DNA of 55,920 bases from Candidatus Woesearchaeota archaeon (GCA_038128845.1 JAYPKL010000003.1:1-55920); one strand, 5' to 3'; counted from the stretch's first letter, positions 19,812 through 29,273 are shown. The notes: generated by a model from the letters alone, not told the origin. Numbers and translations are program-made.

Positions 19812-20180
19812 CTAATCATAAATTGGTAAATTTTCGTTACCAAATCCGCTATTTTTTAGTTGATTTTTTGTTATCCGTATGGGCAATATTTTTCTATATT
19901 TTTCTTTATATTCGTTTAATTTTTTTGGCGATTTATTAGCTTCATACCAAAATACAAGTTTGTTATCTACTTTTTGTTTATGTATTAAATTCAGCAAAGT
20001 ATCTTTCGGATATAACCATCCTTCTTCTTCAGATTCTCTTAGCGCTGCATTCTCCGGAGTTTCTCCAAGATCTACTTTACCACCCGGCAATCCAATTCTG
20101 CCATCTTCTCTTGTTGTTGCACAAAATTTAGAACCTATTTTTCCTAAAATAAAAACTGCAAAAGGAACTTCTTTGTTCAT
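19812..20180 (-). CDS. NUDIX hydrolase
   Basis: Nudix box GGKVDLGETPENAALRESEEEG. Confidence 0.92.
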   Translation of the reverse strand: MNKEVPFAVFILGKIGSKFCATTREDGRIGLPGGKVDLGETPENAALRESEEEGWLYPKDTLLNLIHKQKVDNKLVFWYEANKSPKKLNEYKEKYRKILPIRITKNQLKNSGFGNENLPIYD

Positions 20181-20233
20181 ATATTGATTTAATCGTTCAC
20201 TATAAAAATGTTATTCATTATAACAATATTCTG

Positions 20234-20935
20234 ATGGATTATTTAGTTTCAGCATTTTATATGATTCAACCTGAAGAAGAGAATAAAAAATATGATCTTA
20301 TCAATGTTAATAATCAAAACTTATTTCAAACAAAAAAAGGAAATTCTTATACTCCTGAAGATACTTATGAGTTTATTGGTTTTGTTGACGGTATAAATTT
20401 TAATAATTCAATATATGAAAGTATTTCAGACAGTTTAACCGAAGGTATAAGAGTTAGATCAGGATTACATAAATTTTTTGGTAAAAATGATTGGACAATA
20501 GAAGATATAATTAATTCTTCAGAAATTCCAATTCAAATTAAAGATAGAATGAAAACAAAATTTGATTCAAAAATCTTAGATACTTATTTAATTAGAAAAA
20601 GAGTTTCAGAATTTGAAAATCAAATATTTCACGATTTTCACGATTCAGAAATTAAAGTAGATGTCAAAGTAGGGTTAAGTTTTCCAATTACAAATGAAGA
20701 TGAATTAAGAAACTCCATAAATCAAATACAAAACGGAGATTTTGATTTAATAAATGCATTTGAAAGGAAATACATGAGAGGATTTAATTCGGGTTTGGCT
20801 ACTTTTGTAAATTTTATTTCACCGGAAGATAAAATAATTCCAGTTAAAGATGAATTAATTTCTTATTATAATAATACAAATTTAAAACCAGGTTTTACGA
20901 TGGACGATATAATTCTAAAATTAGAAAAAGCCTGA
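20234..20935 (+). CDS. hypothetical protein
   Basis: 233-aa ORF, no recognised motif. Confidence 0.6.
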   Translation: MDYLVSAFYMIQPEEENKKYDLINVNNQNLFQTKKGNSYTPEDTYEFIGFVDGINFNNSIYESISDSLTEGIRVRSGLHKFFGKNDWTIEDIINSSEIPIQIKDRMKTKFDSKILDTYLIRKRVSEFENQIFHDFHDSEIKVDVKVGLSFPITNEDELRNSINQIQNGDFDLINAFERKYMRGFNSGLATFVNFISPEDKIIPVKDELISYYNNTNLKPGFTMDDIILKLEKA

Positions 20936-21469
20936 AAATATATCTCCAATAATATATCCTGCACCTGCAGCAATTAATGCTACAATTAAAATTTCTATTC
21001 CAGATTCAACAGCTTTTCGATCAGTATATTTTGATTTAATTGCTCCTGCTAAAAATAATGATAAAATTGTAATAACAATTGACGGAAGAATTCCTGACGT
21101 TTCTGAATAAAACAGAAATGCAATCATTGGCATTAAAGCACCTAACATAACAGATAATCCCATTACAACTGATGAAAAAATTGGACTTTTATTTTCGGCA
21201 TATTCTTTACCAAATTTTCGATCGTCTTCATCAACTTTGAAATAATCCTTTTCTGACTTGACTGAGATATAATTTCCAGAAGTCATTGAAATTGTTTGAG
21301 CAATCATTGTAGAAACTCCCGCCAATAAAATAATATTATTTGGAGACAAAGCTTGAGCCATACCAATTACAACACCCAAATTACCTATTGCACCGTCTTG
21401 GAAACCAAAAATTAATTCTCTTATATTGTCTCTTATACGGTATTTCATGTAACTATATATTTTTTTCAT
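20921..21469 (-). CDS. VIT1/CCC1 family transporter
   Basis: IRELIFGFQDG and SMTSGNYISVKSE motifs, 5 TM. Confidence 0.9.
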   Translation of the reverse strand: MKKIYSYMKYRIRDNIRELIFGFQDGAIGNLGVVIGMAQALSPNNIILLAGVSTMIAQTISMTSGNYISVKSEKDYFKVDEDDRKFGKEYAENKSPIFSSVVMGLSVMLGALMPMIAFLFYSETSGILPSIVITILSLFLAGAIKSKYTDRKAVESGIEILIVALIAAGAGYIIGDIFSGFF

Positions 21470-21477
21470 TTATAATT

Positions 21478-21669
21478 TTATTGTATAATTTTTTGAAATA
21501 TTAAAAAAATTAAAGAAATAATTATCATTGTTGTTATTGGAAAATAAAAATGAAAACTATTTTTTTGAATATATATGTCTCCTGGTAATCTTCCAATAAA
21601 AGTAAGTCTATCATAAAATAATCCAAAAACTAGAATCATAGCGCCAATAAATATTAGAATTTTATTCAT
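21478..21669 (-). CDS. DUF2905 family membrane protein
   Basis: GRLPGDIYI..FYFPITT signature; start MNKILIF at 21669. Confidence 0.85.
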   Translation of the reverse strand: MNKILIFIGAMILVFGLFYDRLTFIGRLPGDIYIQKNSFHFYFPITTMIIISLIFLIFQKIIQ

Positions 21670-23398
21670 CGGTAATTTCACCATATAATCTTTCTGCTTC
21701 ATTTAATAATTGATTAATTTGTTCTAGACCATCATTCCAAAATTTTTCTGAATAAATATCTATGTTCATTTCTGAAAATAAATCTTTTGGAGATTTAGAC
21801 GTACCAGCGGATAAAAATTTTTTGACTTTAGATATATTAGATTTATCTTGATCAACTAAATTCTGCATACCTTTTGAAATTAAAAGACCAGACGCATATG
21901 AATAAACATAAAATCGTCTTCTGAAATGAGACCAATATATCCACCAATTTTCATATCCTTCCATTTCCACAGAATTACCGCAATATGCGCTCATATTTTT
22001 CTTAAAAATATCACCTATTTCTTTAGAAGATAAATGTTTATTTTTCCTAAAAGAATCATGAACTTCTTTTTCAAAATTATATCCTGCAATTTGTCTATGA
22101 ATTGTTGATATTTCATCAGATATTTTTTGCATAATTAAAAGAAATTTAGTTTTATTATCAACGTTATTAATTAATTCTCTAAAAACAAAATCTTCAAAAA
22201 ATGTTGAAGCAACTTCTGCAGTAGAAGTTAATGTACCAAAATAGATTTCATCTTGTGCTTTTCTTGATAACTCGTTATTTATTCCATGACCCACTTCGTG
22301 AGCCAAGGTTTTCACATCTCTTATTGTATCCGTATGATTTAACATTATATATGTTGGAAGATTTTTTGTAAAGTGAACACAGAATGCGCCTCCTCTTTTT
22401 CCCTTTTTAGGAAATACATCAAATCTATTTTTTTCAAATAATTCAAATATTTCTAAAAATTCTTTATCTAAATTTGATAAAACTTTTTTAACAATTTTTT
22501 TTGACTCTTCCCAATTAAAATTTTTATTTATTTTTCCAACAGGAAATGTACGATCATAATATTGCAACTTGTGTTTTACAATTTTACTCTTTAAATCATA
22601 AAATCTTCGAGATAATTCAAAATTTTTAGTTACCGTTTTCGTTAAAATTTCTATAAATTTTTTATCAATATCATCACCAATATGACGAGAATGATCGGGA
22701 TATTCATATCCTCGTAATTTGTCAATCACTTCATAATGACTCAATAGTGCATTAAATTCATGTTCTGAAATTTTTTCATATTTTGATAATATTTTATTTA
22801 TTTTTTCTGCGGCCAAATCTCTAACTTCTTTATTTTCTGAAATTGTTTGAGATATTAATTCTTCAAAAGAATGCTCAGTGTCATTAATTATTTGTGTTTC
22901 TGAAGATATTAATTCAGAAACCATATTTTTCCATCTTGAGTATGATTGTTCATTCATTAAAGATATAATTTTTTCTTCTTTATCGCTTAAAATAAATTTT
23001 TCATTTTCAAATATTTTGTTTATAAAATGTAAATACTTATTATTATTTGTAGAAGTAAGTATTGAAATAATATTATTTTTATCTAATTTTGCAATTGATT
23101 TTCTATAAAAATTTATTTTATTAAATTGCTCTATCGTAAAGTCTTGAATTTCTTTATATTTTGATTTTATTTCATTATCTGACTGGTTTAATTGAGATTT
23201 TAACCAGTAATAATAGCCTTCTTCTCCGCCATAAGAATAATTTGTTAATATATTTTCATATTCATTTAGACTTGAAATTAAATTATCTTCATTCAAATTT
23301 TTATATTTATTAGAAAATTCTTCTATATCGTTTTGCATTGATTTTCTTTTACTTGGAAATTCATCAAAATTTGCCCAATTGTATGTCCATTTTTCCAT
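21662..23398 (-). CDS. pepF: oligoendopeptidase F (M3B)
   Basis: GKRGGAF, LAHEVGH zinc motif, AEVASTFFE, FYVYSYA. Confidence 0.93.
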   Translation of the reverse strand: MEKWTYNWANFDEFPSKRKSMQNDIEEFSNKYKNLNEDNLISSLNEYENILTNYSYGGEEGYYYWLKSQLNQSDNEIKSKYKEIQDFTIEQFNKINFYRKSIAKLDKNNIISILTSTNNNKYLHFINKIFENEKFILSDKEEKIISLMNEQSYSRWKNMVSELISSETQIINDTEHSFEELISQTISENKEVRDLAAEKINKILSKYEKISEHEFNALLSHYEVIDKLRGYEYPDHSRHIGDDIDKKFIEILTKTVTKNFELSRRFYDLKSKIVKHKLQYYDRTFPVGKINKNFNWEESKKIVKKVLSNLDKEFLEIFELFEKNRFDVFPKKGKRGGAFCVHFTKNLPTYIMLNHTDTIRDVKTLAHEVGHGINNELSRKAQDEIYFGTLTSTAEVASTFFEDFVFRELINNVDNKTKFLLIMQKISDEISTIHRQIAGYNFEKEVHDSFRKNKHLSSKEIGDIFKKNMSAYCGNSVEMEGYENWWIYWSHFRRRFYVYSYASGLLISKGMQNLVDQDKSNISKVKKFLSAGTSKSPKDLFSEMNIDIYSEKFWNDGLEQINQLLNEAERLYGEITDE

Positions 23399-23484
23399 TA
23401 TTCTTAGTATTTACATATTTTTTTAAATATTTTCAAGAAACATGCAATTTATAAATTAGAAAAAGTACCTATTTTTCATACAAT

Positions 23485-24414
23485 ATGAAAGAAATTGTAG
23501 ATCATTTCCCGATAGGAAATTATATTGAACACAAAAAATTATCGGGCGGTAAGACAAGTGATACTTATTTAATAACTACTGACATCGGTAAATTTGTATT
23601 ACAGCAGTTAAATGAAATTTATGACGAATCAATGATTCGGGATCATGTAGAACTATATTTTTTAATTTCTGATAAAATAATGATACCGGAATGTGTTAAT
23701 ACTAGAGAAAATAAGTATGTACTTGAATATGATGGTAAATATTACAGAGTAATGAAGAATATTGAAGCTGATAAAAATCCGGTTTTAAATAATAAAAAAA
23801 TAAAAAATATGTCTGAAGTTATTATGAAGTTTCATAATCTTACAGAAAATGTAACAAAATTAAGATATAATGGACTAAAAATACACGACAGAACCAGAAT
23901 TAAAAATAAATTAATATCTATAAAAGAAGAACATGAAAAAACAGAAAAATGGAAAATTTACGAAGATATTTATGATTATTTATTTTCAGAGATACAAAAA
24001 TATAAGCTTCCTTCTGAAAAACAATTAATTCATGGCGACATGAAATTTAATAATTTTTTATTTAAGAAAGATAAAGTTGTTGGACTGGTAGATATTGCAA
24101 GTTTAATGATCAGAAGTAAGTATTATGATATAGGCGATTTTTTAAGAAATATATCTAATGCAGATGGTTTATTTGATATTAAAAAATTTAATTACGGTTT
24201 AAATTGTTTTGAAGATATAAATTACGGATTTGCTATTTATGCTACAAAGTTAATTGGTTTAGAATTATGTTCTCGTTATTTGATCGATATTTTTGAACTC
24301 AAACATTTTAAATTTGATAATCAAAAATTTAATGATTTGGAAGAAAGTAATTCATCGAGCTTAAAGAGACATTTAAAATTTTATATGACAATGAATGAAA
24401 TGTTACCAAATTAA
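23485..24414 (+). CDS. aminoglycoside phosphotransferase/choline kinase-like small-molecule kinase
   Basis: Brenner motif IHGDMKFNNFLF followed by VGLVD. Confidence 0.8.
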   Translation: MKEIVDHFPIGNYIEHKKLSGGKTSDTYLITTDIGKFVLQQLNEIYDESMIRDHVELYFLISDKIMIPECVNTRENKYVLEYDGKYYRVMKNIEADKNPVLNNKKIKNMSEVIMKFHNLTENVTKLRYNGLKIHDRTRIKNKLISIKEEHEKTEKWKIYEDIYDYLFSEIQKYKLPSEKQLIHGDMKFNNFLFKKDKVVGLVDIASLMIRSKYYDIGDFLRNISNADGLFDIKKFNYGLNCFEDINYGFAIYATKLIGLELCSRYLIDIFELKHFKFDNQKFNDLEESNSSSLKRHLKFYMTMNEMLPN

Positions 24415-24415
24415 A

Positions 24416-24487
24416 CGCAGACGGGAGGGATCGAACCTCCGACCTCATGGTTAACAGCCATGCGCTCTACCGCTAAGCTACGTCTGC
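24416..24487 (-). tRNA. tRNA-Asn(GTT)
   Basis: GCAGACG/CGTCTGC acceptor; CATGG-CT GTT AA-CCATG. Confidence 0.95.
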
Positions 24488-24527
24488 CTAGGTTTTTTTT
24501 ATTATTTCTTTTTTTAAATGTTTTTAA

Positions 24528-25835
24528 TTATGGACTAAATCGTGTTGGAGTTCTAGGAAATGCAATACATTCTTTTACTGATTCTGCTCCGGTTAACCAC
24601 ATAACTAGTCTTTCTATACCCATACCAAATCCAGAATGAGGTATTTTACCATATCTGCTTGAATCAAAATAAAATTCATATTTTTTAGGATCCTCGCCTG
24701 CATCTTTAAGTCTCTTCTTCACATCTTCAAAATCAAGACTTCTTTCAGATGATCCAACTAATTCTCCAATACCTGGTATTAGTAAATCTGAAGCAAGAAC
24801 TTGATCAGGATCTTTTTTATCTCGCTTCATATAGAATGCCTTAAGAGATGTCGGATAATGTGTAATAAATAAAGGAATTCTTCTTTTATCAACTAAATAT
24901 TTTTCTTCAGTTGTTCCCAAATCGTCTCCAAATTTAACTTTATATCCTGCTTTCTGCAATTCTTTTACTGCATCTCGATATTTCAATCTTGCAAATTTTG
25001 GCAATTTTTCAAAATATTTAATGTCTGATCCCAATAATTTCATTTCTTCAGAATACTCTTTTGCTATTTTTTTACAAATAAATCTAACACATTCTTCTAT
25101 AGTTAATAATAATTCAGGAAATTCTTGCCATGCAGTTTCTGCTTCAGCATGCCAATATTCTGTTAAGTGCCTTGAAGTCATAGATTTATCTGCCCTAAAG
25201 CTAGGTGCCATTGTATATATTTTTTCTAAAACTGGCAACATCATTTCAGCATATAATTGCCAAGTTTGTGTTAAGTATGCCTTTTTACCAAAATATTTAA
25301 CTTCAAATGTCTCTGCTCCACTCTCTCCGGGAGTAGGTGTAAAACTAGGAGATTGGTGCTCATGATAACCTTTACTTCTAAAATATTCATGAAAACCGGA
25401 AATAACTCCAGATCTTATTTTTAGAATTGCCTGTTGTCTAGGATCTCGAATTGATAAATGTCTTATATCTCTTAAGAATTCTGCCGATGTATCTCTCGCT
25501 ATAGGCCATGTCTCAGCTAAACCAACTATTGATATTTTTGAAACAATTAATTCATATCCTTCAGGTGCTCTAGGATCCTTTTTTACAACACCTTCAATAA
25601 AACAAGAAGATTCCGTAGTTATTTCTTCAGCAATTTTCCAGTATTTAGAATCAGAAGATGTAACTGTTTGAATATGACCTGTAGAATCTCTTAAAACTAA
25701 AAATATTTTTTGTTTTAAAGATCTTTTTTTTGAAACCCAACCTCTAATTTTAACTTTTTTTGACGAATATTGAGTTGATTTTATTTCAGAAATAGTTTTG
25801 GCTAAGTACTTTTTACTGTAGATTGGGATAACCAC
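24528..25835 (-). CDS. asnS: asparaginyl-tRNA synthetase
   Basis: OB-fold RGWV..LRD, motif 2 FRADKS..RHLTEYWH, motif 3 PHSGFGMGIERL; adjacent tRNA-Asn. Confidence 0.9.
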   Translation of the reverse strand: MVIPIYSKKYLAKTISEIKSTQYSSKKVKIRGWVSKKRSLKQKIFLVLRDSTGHIQTVTSSDSKYWKIAEEITTESSCFIEGVVKKDPRAPEGYELIVSKISIVGLAETWPIARDTSAEFLRDIRHLSIRDPRQQAILKIRSGVISGFHEYFRSKGYHEHQSPSFTPTPGESGAETFEVKYFGKKAYLTQTWQLYAEMMLPVLEKIYTMAPSFRADKSMTSRHLTEYWHAEAETAWQEFPELLLTIEECVRFICKKIAKEYSEEMKLLGSDIKYFEKLPKFARLKYRDAVKELQKAGYKVKFGDDLGTTEEKYLVDKRRIPLFITHYPTSLKAFYMKRDKKDPDQVLASDLLIPGIGELVGSSERSLDFEDVKKRLKDAGEDPKKYEFYFDSSRYGKIPHSGFGMGIERLVMWLTGAESVKECIAFPRTPTRFSP

Positions 25836-25886
25836 CCTTTACCATTATTCTTTTATCTAAAATTCATTTATAAGTCTTTCTCAGAA

Positions 25887-26315
25887 TTAAAATTCTTTTA
25901 GAACGATAAGTGTTTTTGTATTTTGAACTCCCTTTATTCCTCTAACTTGTTCCATAATAAAATTATGAAGTTCTTCAACATTGTTTACTCTAATTCTAAT
26001 AATTATATCGTCATCCCCGGTCACAATATATGCTCCATAAACTTCATTCATTTTTGTTAATCTTGCACAAATTTCTTCCTGATCACCAAGAGAATTTACT
26101 TGAATTAGTAAGATTGAATTAATATATTTGTATAATTTGTTATAATTCAAATTAACTGTGTAATTTTTAATTACACCATTAGATTCTAGCTTTTTTATTC
26201 TATTATGAATTGTCGTAATAGGTATATTTGTTAGCTTAGAAATGTCTTGAGTAGTATATTTAGCATTTTTCTTTAAATGTTCTAATATGGAAATATCCTT
26301 CTTATCAAGTTCCAT
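25887..26315 (-). CDS. Lrp/AsnC family transcriptional regulator
   Basis: LD..D..IL..L wHTH, RIKKLESNGVI, RAM domain VTGDDD; start at ATG 26315, 29 nt below TTTATATA. Confidence 0.93.
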   Translation of the reverse strand: MELDKKDISILEHLKKNAKYTTQDISKLTNIPITTIHNRIKKLESNGVIKNYTVNLNYNKLYKYINSILLIQVNSLGDQEEICARLTKMNEVYGAYIVTGDDDIIIRIRVNNVEELHNFIMEQVRGIKGVQNTKTLIVLKEF

Positions 26316-26316
26316 T

Positions 26317-26333
26317 TTGGAATATATTTCCAA
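26317..26333. promoter_or_regulatory. palindromic operator candidate between the lrp TATA box and start
   Basis: TTGGAA-TATAT-TTCCAA perfect 6-5-6 inverted repeat. Confidence 0.55.
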
Positions 26334-26428
26334 CATTATATAAATTTATTGAAAATATATAGTATTTTTTTCCATTTTTTGGTAAGTATTTTAATAAACT
26401 ACAAAAAACATATCAATTTGTGATTAAA

Positions 26429-26548
26429 ATGTATATAGAAAATTTAAACCATTTGGAATGTAACTCGTGCAATGGGGCACATACAGCTGTTATGACTAGT
26501 CGTTTTGATGAAGTCTATTGTAATTCCTGTGGTAATATCTTACTATAA
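26429..26548 (+). CDS. 39-aa TFIIB-type zinc-ribbon microprotein (not in ORF track)
   Basis: MYIENLNHLECNSCNGAHTAVMTSRFDEVYCNSCGNILL, two CxxC motifs. Confidence 0.65.
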   Translation: MYIENLNHLECNSCNGAHTAVMTSRFDEVYCNSCGNILL

Positions 26549-26568
26549 GTCACCGGTTTTACTTAGCC

Positions 26569-26588
26569 AGCGGGTCTAATGACCCGCT
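26569..26588. terminator. GC-rich hairpin between convergent micro-ORFs
   Basis: AGCGGGTC-TAAT-GACCCGCT perfect 8-bp stem. Confidence 0.55.
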
Positions 26589-26595
26589 CCCTCTA

Positions 26596-26776
26596 TTAAT
26601 TATTATGATGTTGAGTCCAATGAGCACCTTGATGGGAAGGACAGTAATATTTTGTTTGATCATTTGATTCTTTAGGTTCATGCGCCATACACCTATCGCA
26701 ATCAGATTGTACAACCTCTATCTTCACATTCCAAACACATTTTAGTTAACGTTTCATCACAAAATTCGCATTTCAT
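26596..26776 (-). pseudogene. frameshifted Cys/His-rich microprotein
   Basis: MKCEFCDETLTKMCLECEDRGCTI* continues in the +1 frame as ..SDCDRCMAH..YYCPSHQGAHWTQHHNN*; span is 181 nt = 60 codons + 1. Confidence 0.45.
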
Positions 26777-26824
26777 AATTAGGATATTATTCTTTCTATA
26801 AAATTATTGTATAAACGGATAGTG

Positions 26825-26846
26825 CAACGGAGAAAAACCTCCGTTG
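26825..26846 (-). terminator. hairpin 10 nt downstream of tRNA-Arg
   Basis: CAACGGAG-AAAAAC-CTCCGTTG 8-bp stem. Confidence 0.5.
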
Positions 26847-26856
26847 AATCTCCTCA

Positions 26857-26930
26857 CGGGCCTACGAGGATTTGAACCCCGACCAACCGGGCCGAAACCG
26901 GTTACACTATCCAAGTTATGCTATAGGCCC
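26857..26930 (-). tRNA. tRNA-Arg(TCG)
   Basis: GGGCCTA/TAGGCCC acceptor; ACCGG-TT TCG GC-CCGGT. Confidence 0.94.
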
Positions 26931-26981
26931 GTATTAAAAATTAATCGAACTATTTTAAAAATATATTCATTAAAAGATTAT

Positions 26982-27401
26982 ATGAAAAATAAAATAGTAC
27001 TTATTTTACACATATTATCTTTACTTGGAATTTTATTTTCCGGAATAACTATTTATGATCATTATAATACCGAACCTTCAAGTGTTTGTTTAACTGGAGG
27101 AGGATGCGATACTGCAAATAATAGTGTTTATTCTGAATTTATGGGTATTCCTGTTGGTTTCTTCGGTATACTTTGGTTTATTTTATTTTCACTTTCAATT
27201 AGCTTTAATGAACCTGAAATAACAACTCTTTTGATTTTAGGCGGAGTAACTGTTGTAGCTTATTTTATTTTTGTAGAATTATATATTCTTAGAGTTATTT
27301 GTTCAACCTGTACTTTTATACATGCAATTGTTTATTTACAATCTTTAATCGTGCTTGCTCCCTTTATGTCCAGAACCTTTAAGAGAAATAATCGGAAGTA
27401 A
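26982..27401 (+). CDS. vitamin K epoxide reductase (VKOR) family protein
   Basis: C..GGGCD...S.YS..MGIPV motif and CSTC redox pair; start moved to ATG 26982, outside tRNA-Arg. Confidence 0.9.
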   Translation: MKNKIVLILHILSLLGILFSGITIYDHYNTEPSSVCLTGGGCDTANNSVYSEFMGIPVGFFGILWFILFSLSISFNEPEITTLLILGGVTVVAYFIFVELYILRVICSTCTFIHAIVYLQSLIVLAPFMSRTFKRNNRK

Positions 27402-28508
27402 ATGTTTTACAATATCTACACTATCTTTTTGAGCATTCATAACTCTTGAAATATTTTTATAAGCGTCGGGTGCTTCGTCTAGAGTACCTTTTTCAATAGT
27501 ACCTGTAATTCCTTTCATATCTTCTTTAAATTTTTTCATAGTTATTTTTTTCTTTGCTTCAGTTCTTGATAATTTTCTTCCGGCACCATGAGACGAACTA
27601 AATAAAAATTCCGGATTACCTTTTCCAATTACTAAATAAGAACCATCTCTCATATTTGCAGGTATAACTCCTCGTTCTCCCTTTTCAGCGGGTGTTGCAC
27701 CTTTTCTATGAATATAATTTTTACCATGAGGAACTGCATGATTATGGTTTTTATTTGTCCAGATCTCATATGATAATTTTTGATTCAATATTTGTTCGAT
27801 AGAATAAATTGTTTTGTAAATAATTTCTTTTCTATTTAATAATGCAAATTCTAAACCAAATTCTAAAACATTTAGATATTCTTTTCCAACAACTGAATTT
27901 ATTTTAATTGGATGTGTTGCTTCAAATTCTTTATCAGAACCTGAACTTTTTTTCATATATTTTTCTGCAACTTTATATCCTATACCTCTTGAACCAGAGT
28001 GTACTATAATCCAAAATTCATTATTTGAATAACATAGTTCTAAAAAATGATTTCCGCTTCCCAGAGTTCCAAGATGAGAAAGAGATTTATTTTTTATAAA
28101 TTTGTAAATATCTTTATCATGAGCTCCTTTTTCAAATTTTTCTAAAAGATTATTTAATTCTTTTTTTGTTTTATCAGAAATATTTTTTGGATGATTTAAC
28201 ATACCCGTTCCCATAGGAACATTTTTCATAATTTCATCATAAATTTTTTTTGTGTTATTTTTAATTTTAGAAAGTACTTCTTCATTAATTTTTACAGCAG
28301 TCATTCCACATCCAATATCATATCCTACCCACGACGGTACAATGTAATTTTTAGTTTCTAAAACAGATCCAATAGGTGCAACATAACCAGAATGTGCATC
28401 AGGCATAAGTGCAGCATTTACAACAAAATCTTGATTAACACAATGTTCAAATTGTTCTTCAGTTGCTTTATCTATGTCAATTGCATAATTGTAAATTTTC
28501 TTTTTCAT
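27345..28508 (-). CDS. rtcB: RtcB RNA ligase, short form
   Basis: PDAH, DIGCG, LGTLGSGNHF, HSGSRG, HRKGAT, SHGAGR, DEAP motifs. Confidence 0.95.
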   Translation of the reverse strand: MKKKIYNYAIDIDKATEEQFEHCVNQDFVVNAALMPDAHSGYVAPIGSVLETKNYIVPSWVGYDIGCGMTAVKINEEVLSKIKNNTKKIYDEIMKNVPMGTGMLNHPKNISDKTKKELNNLLEKFEKGAHDKDIYKFIKNKSLSHLGTLGSGNHFLELCYSNNEFWIIVHSGSRGIGYKVAEKYMKKSSGSDKEFEATHPIKINSVVGKEYLNVLEFGLEFALLNRKEIIYKTIYSIEQILNQKLSYEIWTNKNHNHAVPHGKNYIHRKGATPAEKGERGVIPANMRDGSYLVIGKGNPEFLFSSSHGAGRKLSRTEAKKKITMKKFKEDMKGITGTIEKGTLDEAPDAYKNISRVMNAQKDSVDIVKHLLPIISLKGSGHKGSKHD

Positions 28509-29206
28509 TCTTCCAAAGGAACCTCTATAACTAATATTTCTGAATTTTTATCTATATTAATTTCTATATCTTCAGTTTCTGAAATTTCTATTGAATCTCT
28601 TCTATTCAAAATTTCATTATTTATTTTAACAGAGCCTTCAACTATCATTAAAAAAATTCCTTTATCTTTTTCAATTTTCAATATTTCTTTTTTATCTTCT
28701 TTAAACTTACCTAAATATATTTTTGCATCCTGATGAATGTAAAGATTATCATCATTGTTATTTCCCGAAACTATTTTGTTTAACTTATTATCCGCAAGAT
28801 TTAGTTTTTTTGTTTCGTGTCTTGGTACTGCATTAAATTTTCTTGTTTTTATCCATATTTGAAATAATTTTACTATATTATTTGTCCGATTATATTCCGA
28901 ATGAACAATTCCAGATCCCGCAGACATTACTTGAATTTCTCCGGATTTAATATCTCCTTCAGATCCAGTACTATCTTTATGAGATAATATTCCTTCAGTA
29001 GGTATTGTAATTATTTCCATATTATCGTGTTGATGTGCCCCAAAACCACTATTTGCAGCAATTTCATCATCGTTTAATACAATTAATTTTCCAAAACCCA
29101 TTCTTTTCGGATTATAGTAATTTGCAAAGCTAAAACTAAATCTAGAGTTTAACCACGAATGATTCGCAATTCCTCTTTCATCAGATCTATGTATTAATTT
29201 ATTCAT
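28505..29206 (-). CDS. pirin family protein
   Basis: RFSFSFA.YY, H.H.NMEI, MSAGSGIVHSE, FQIW motifs. Confidence 0.93.
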   Translation of the reverse strand: MNKLIHRSDERGIANHSWLNSRFSFSFANYYNPKRMGFGKLIVLNDDEIAANSGFGAHQHDNMEIITIPTEGILSHKDSTGSEGDIKSGEIQVMSAGSGIVHSEYNRTNNIVKLFQIWIKTRKFNAVPRHETKKLNLADNKLNKIVSGNNNDDNLYIHQDAKIYLGKFKEDKKEILKIEKDKGIFLMIVEGSVKINNEILNRRDSIEISETEDIEINIDKNSEILVIEVPLEE

Positions 29207-29273
29207 ATTGAAATGTATAATTTTAGTTTATAAGAGTTAAGTTTTTAAATAAAAAATAAAGTCTCACTTTATT

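Noticed and set aside
26571-26579. CGGGTCTAA resembles the tRNA-Arg 3' end (CGGGCCTAC on the plus strand)
   Set aside because: Only 7/9 identity, and it is explained as one arm of a hairpin; too weak to call an att site.
26702-26704. TGA in the Cys-rich micro-ORF as selenocysteine or a reassigned codon
   Set aside because: Read-through meets TAG three codons later, and other genes end normally at TGA (e.g. 30551-30553).
26844-26981. N-terminal extension of the VKOR ORF
   Set aside because: Antisense to tRNA-Arg; the real start is ATG 26982.
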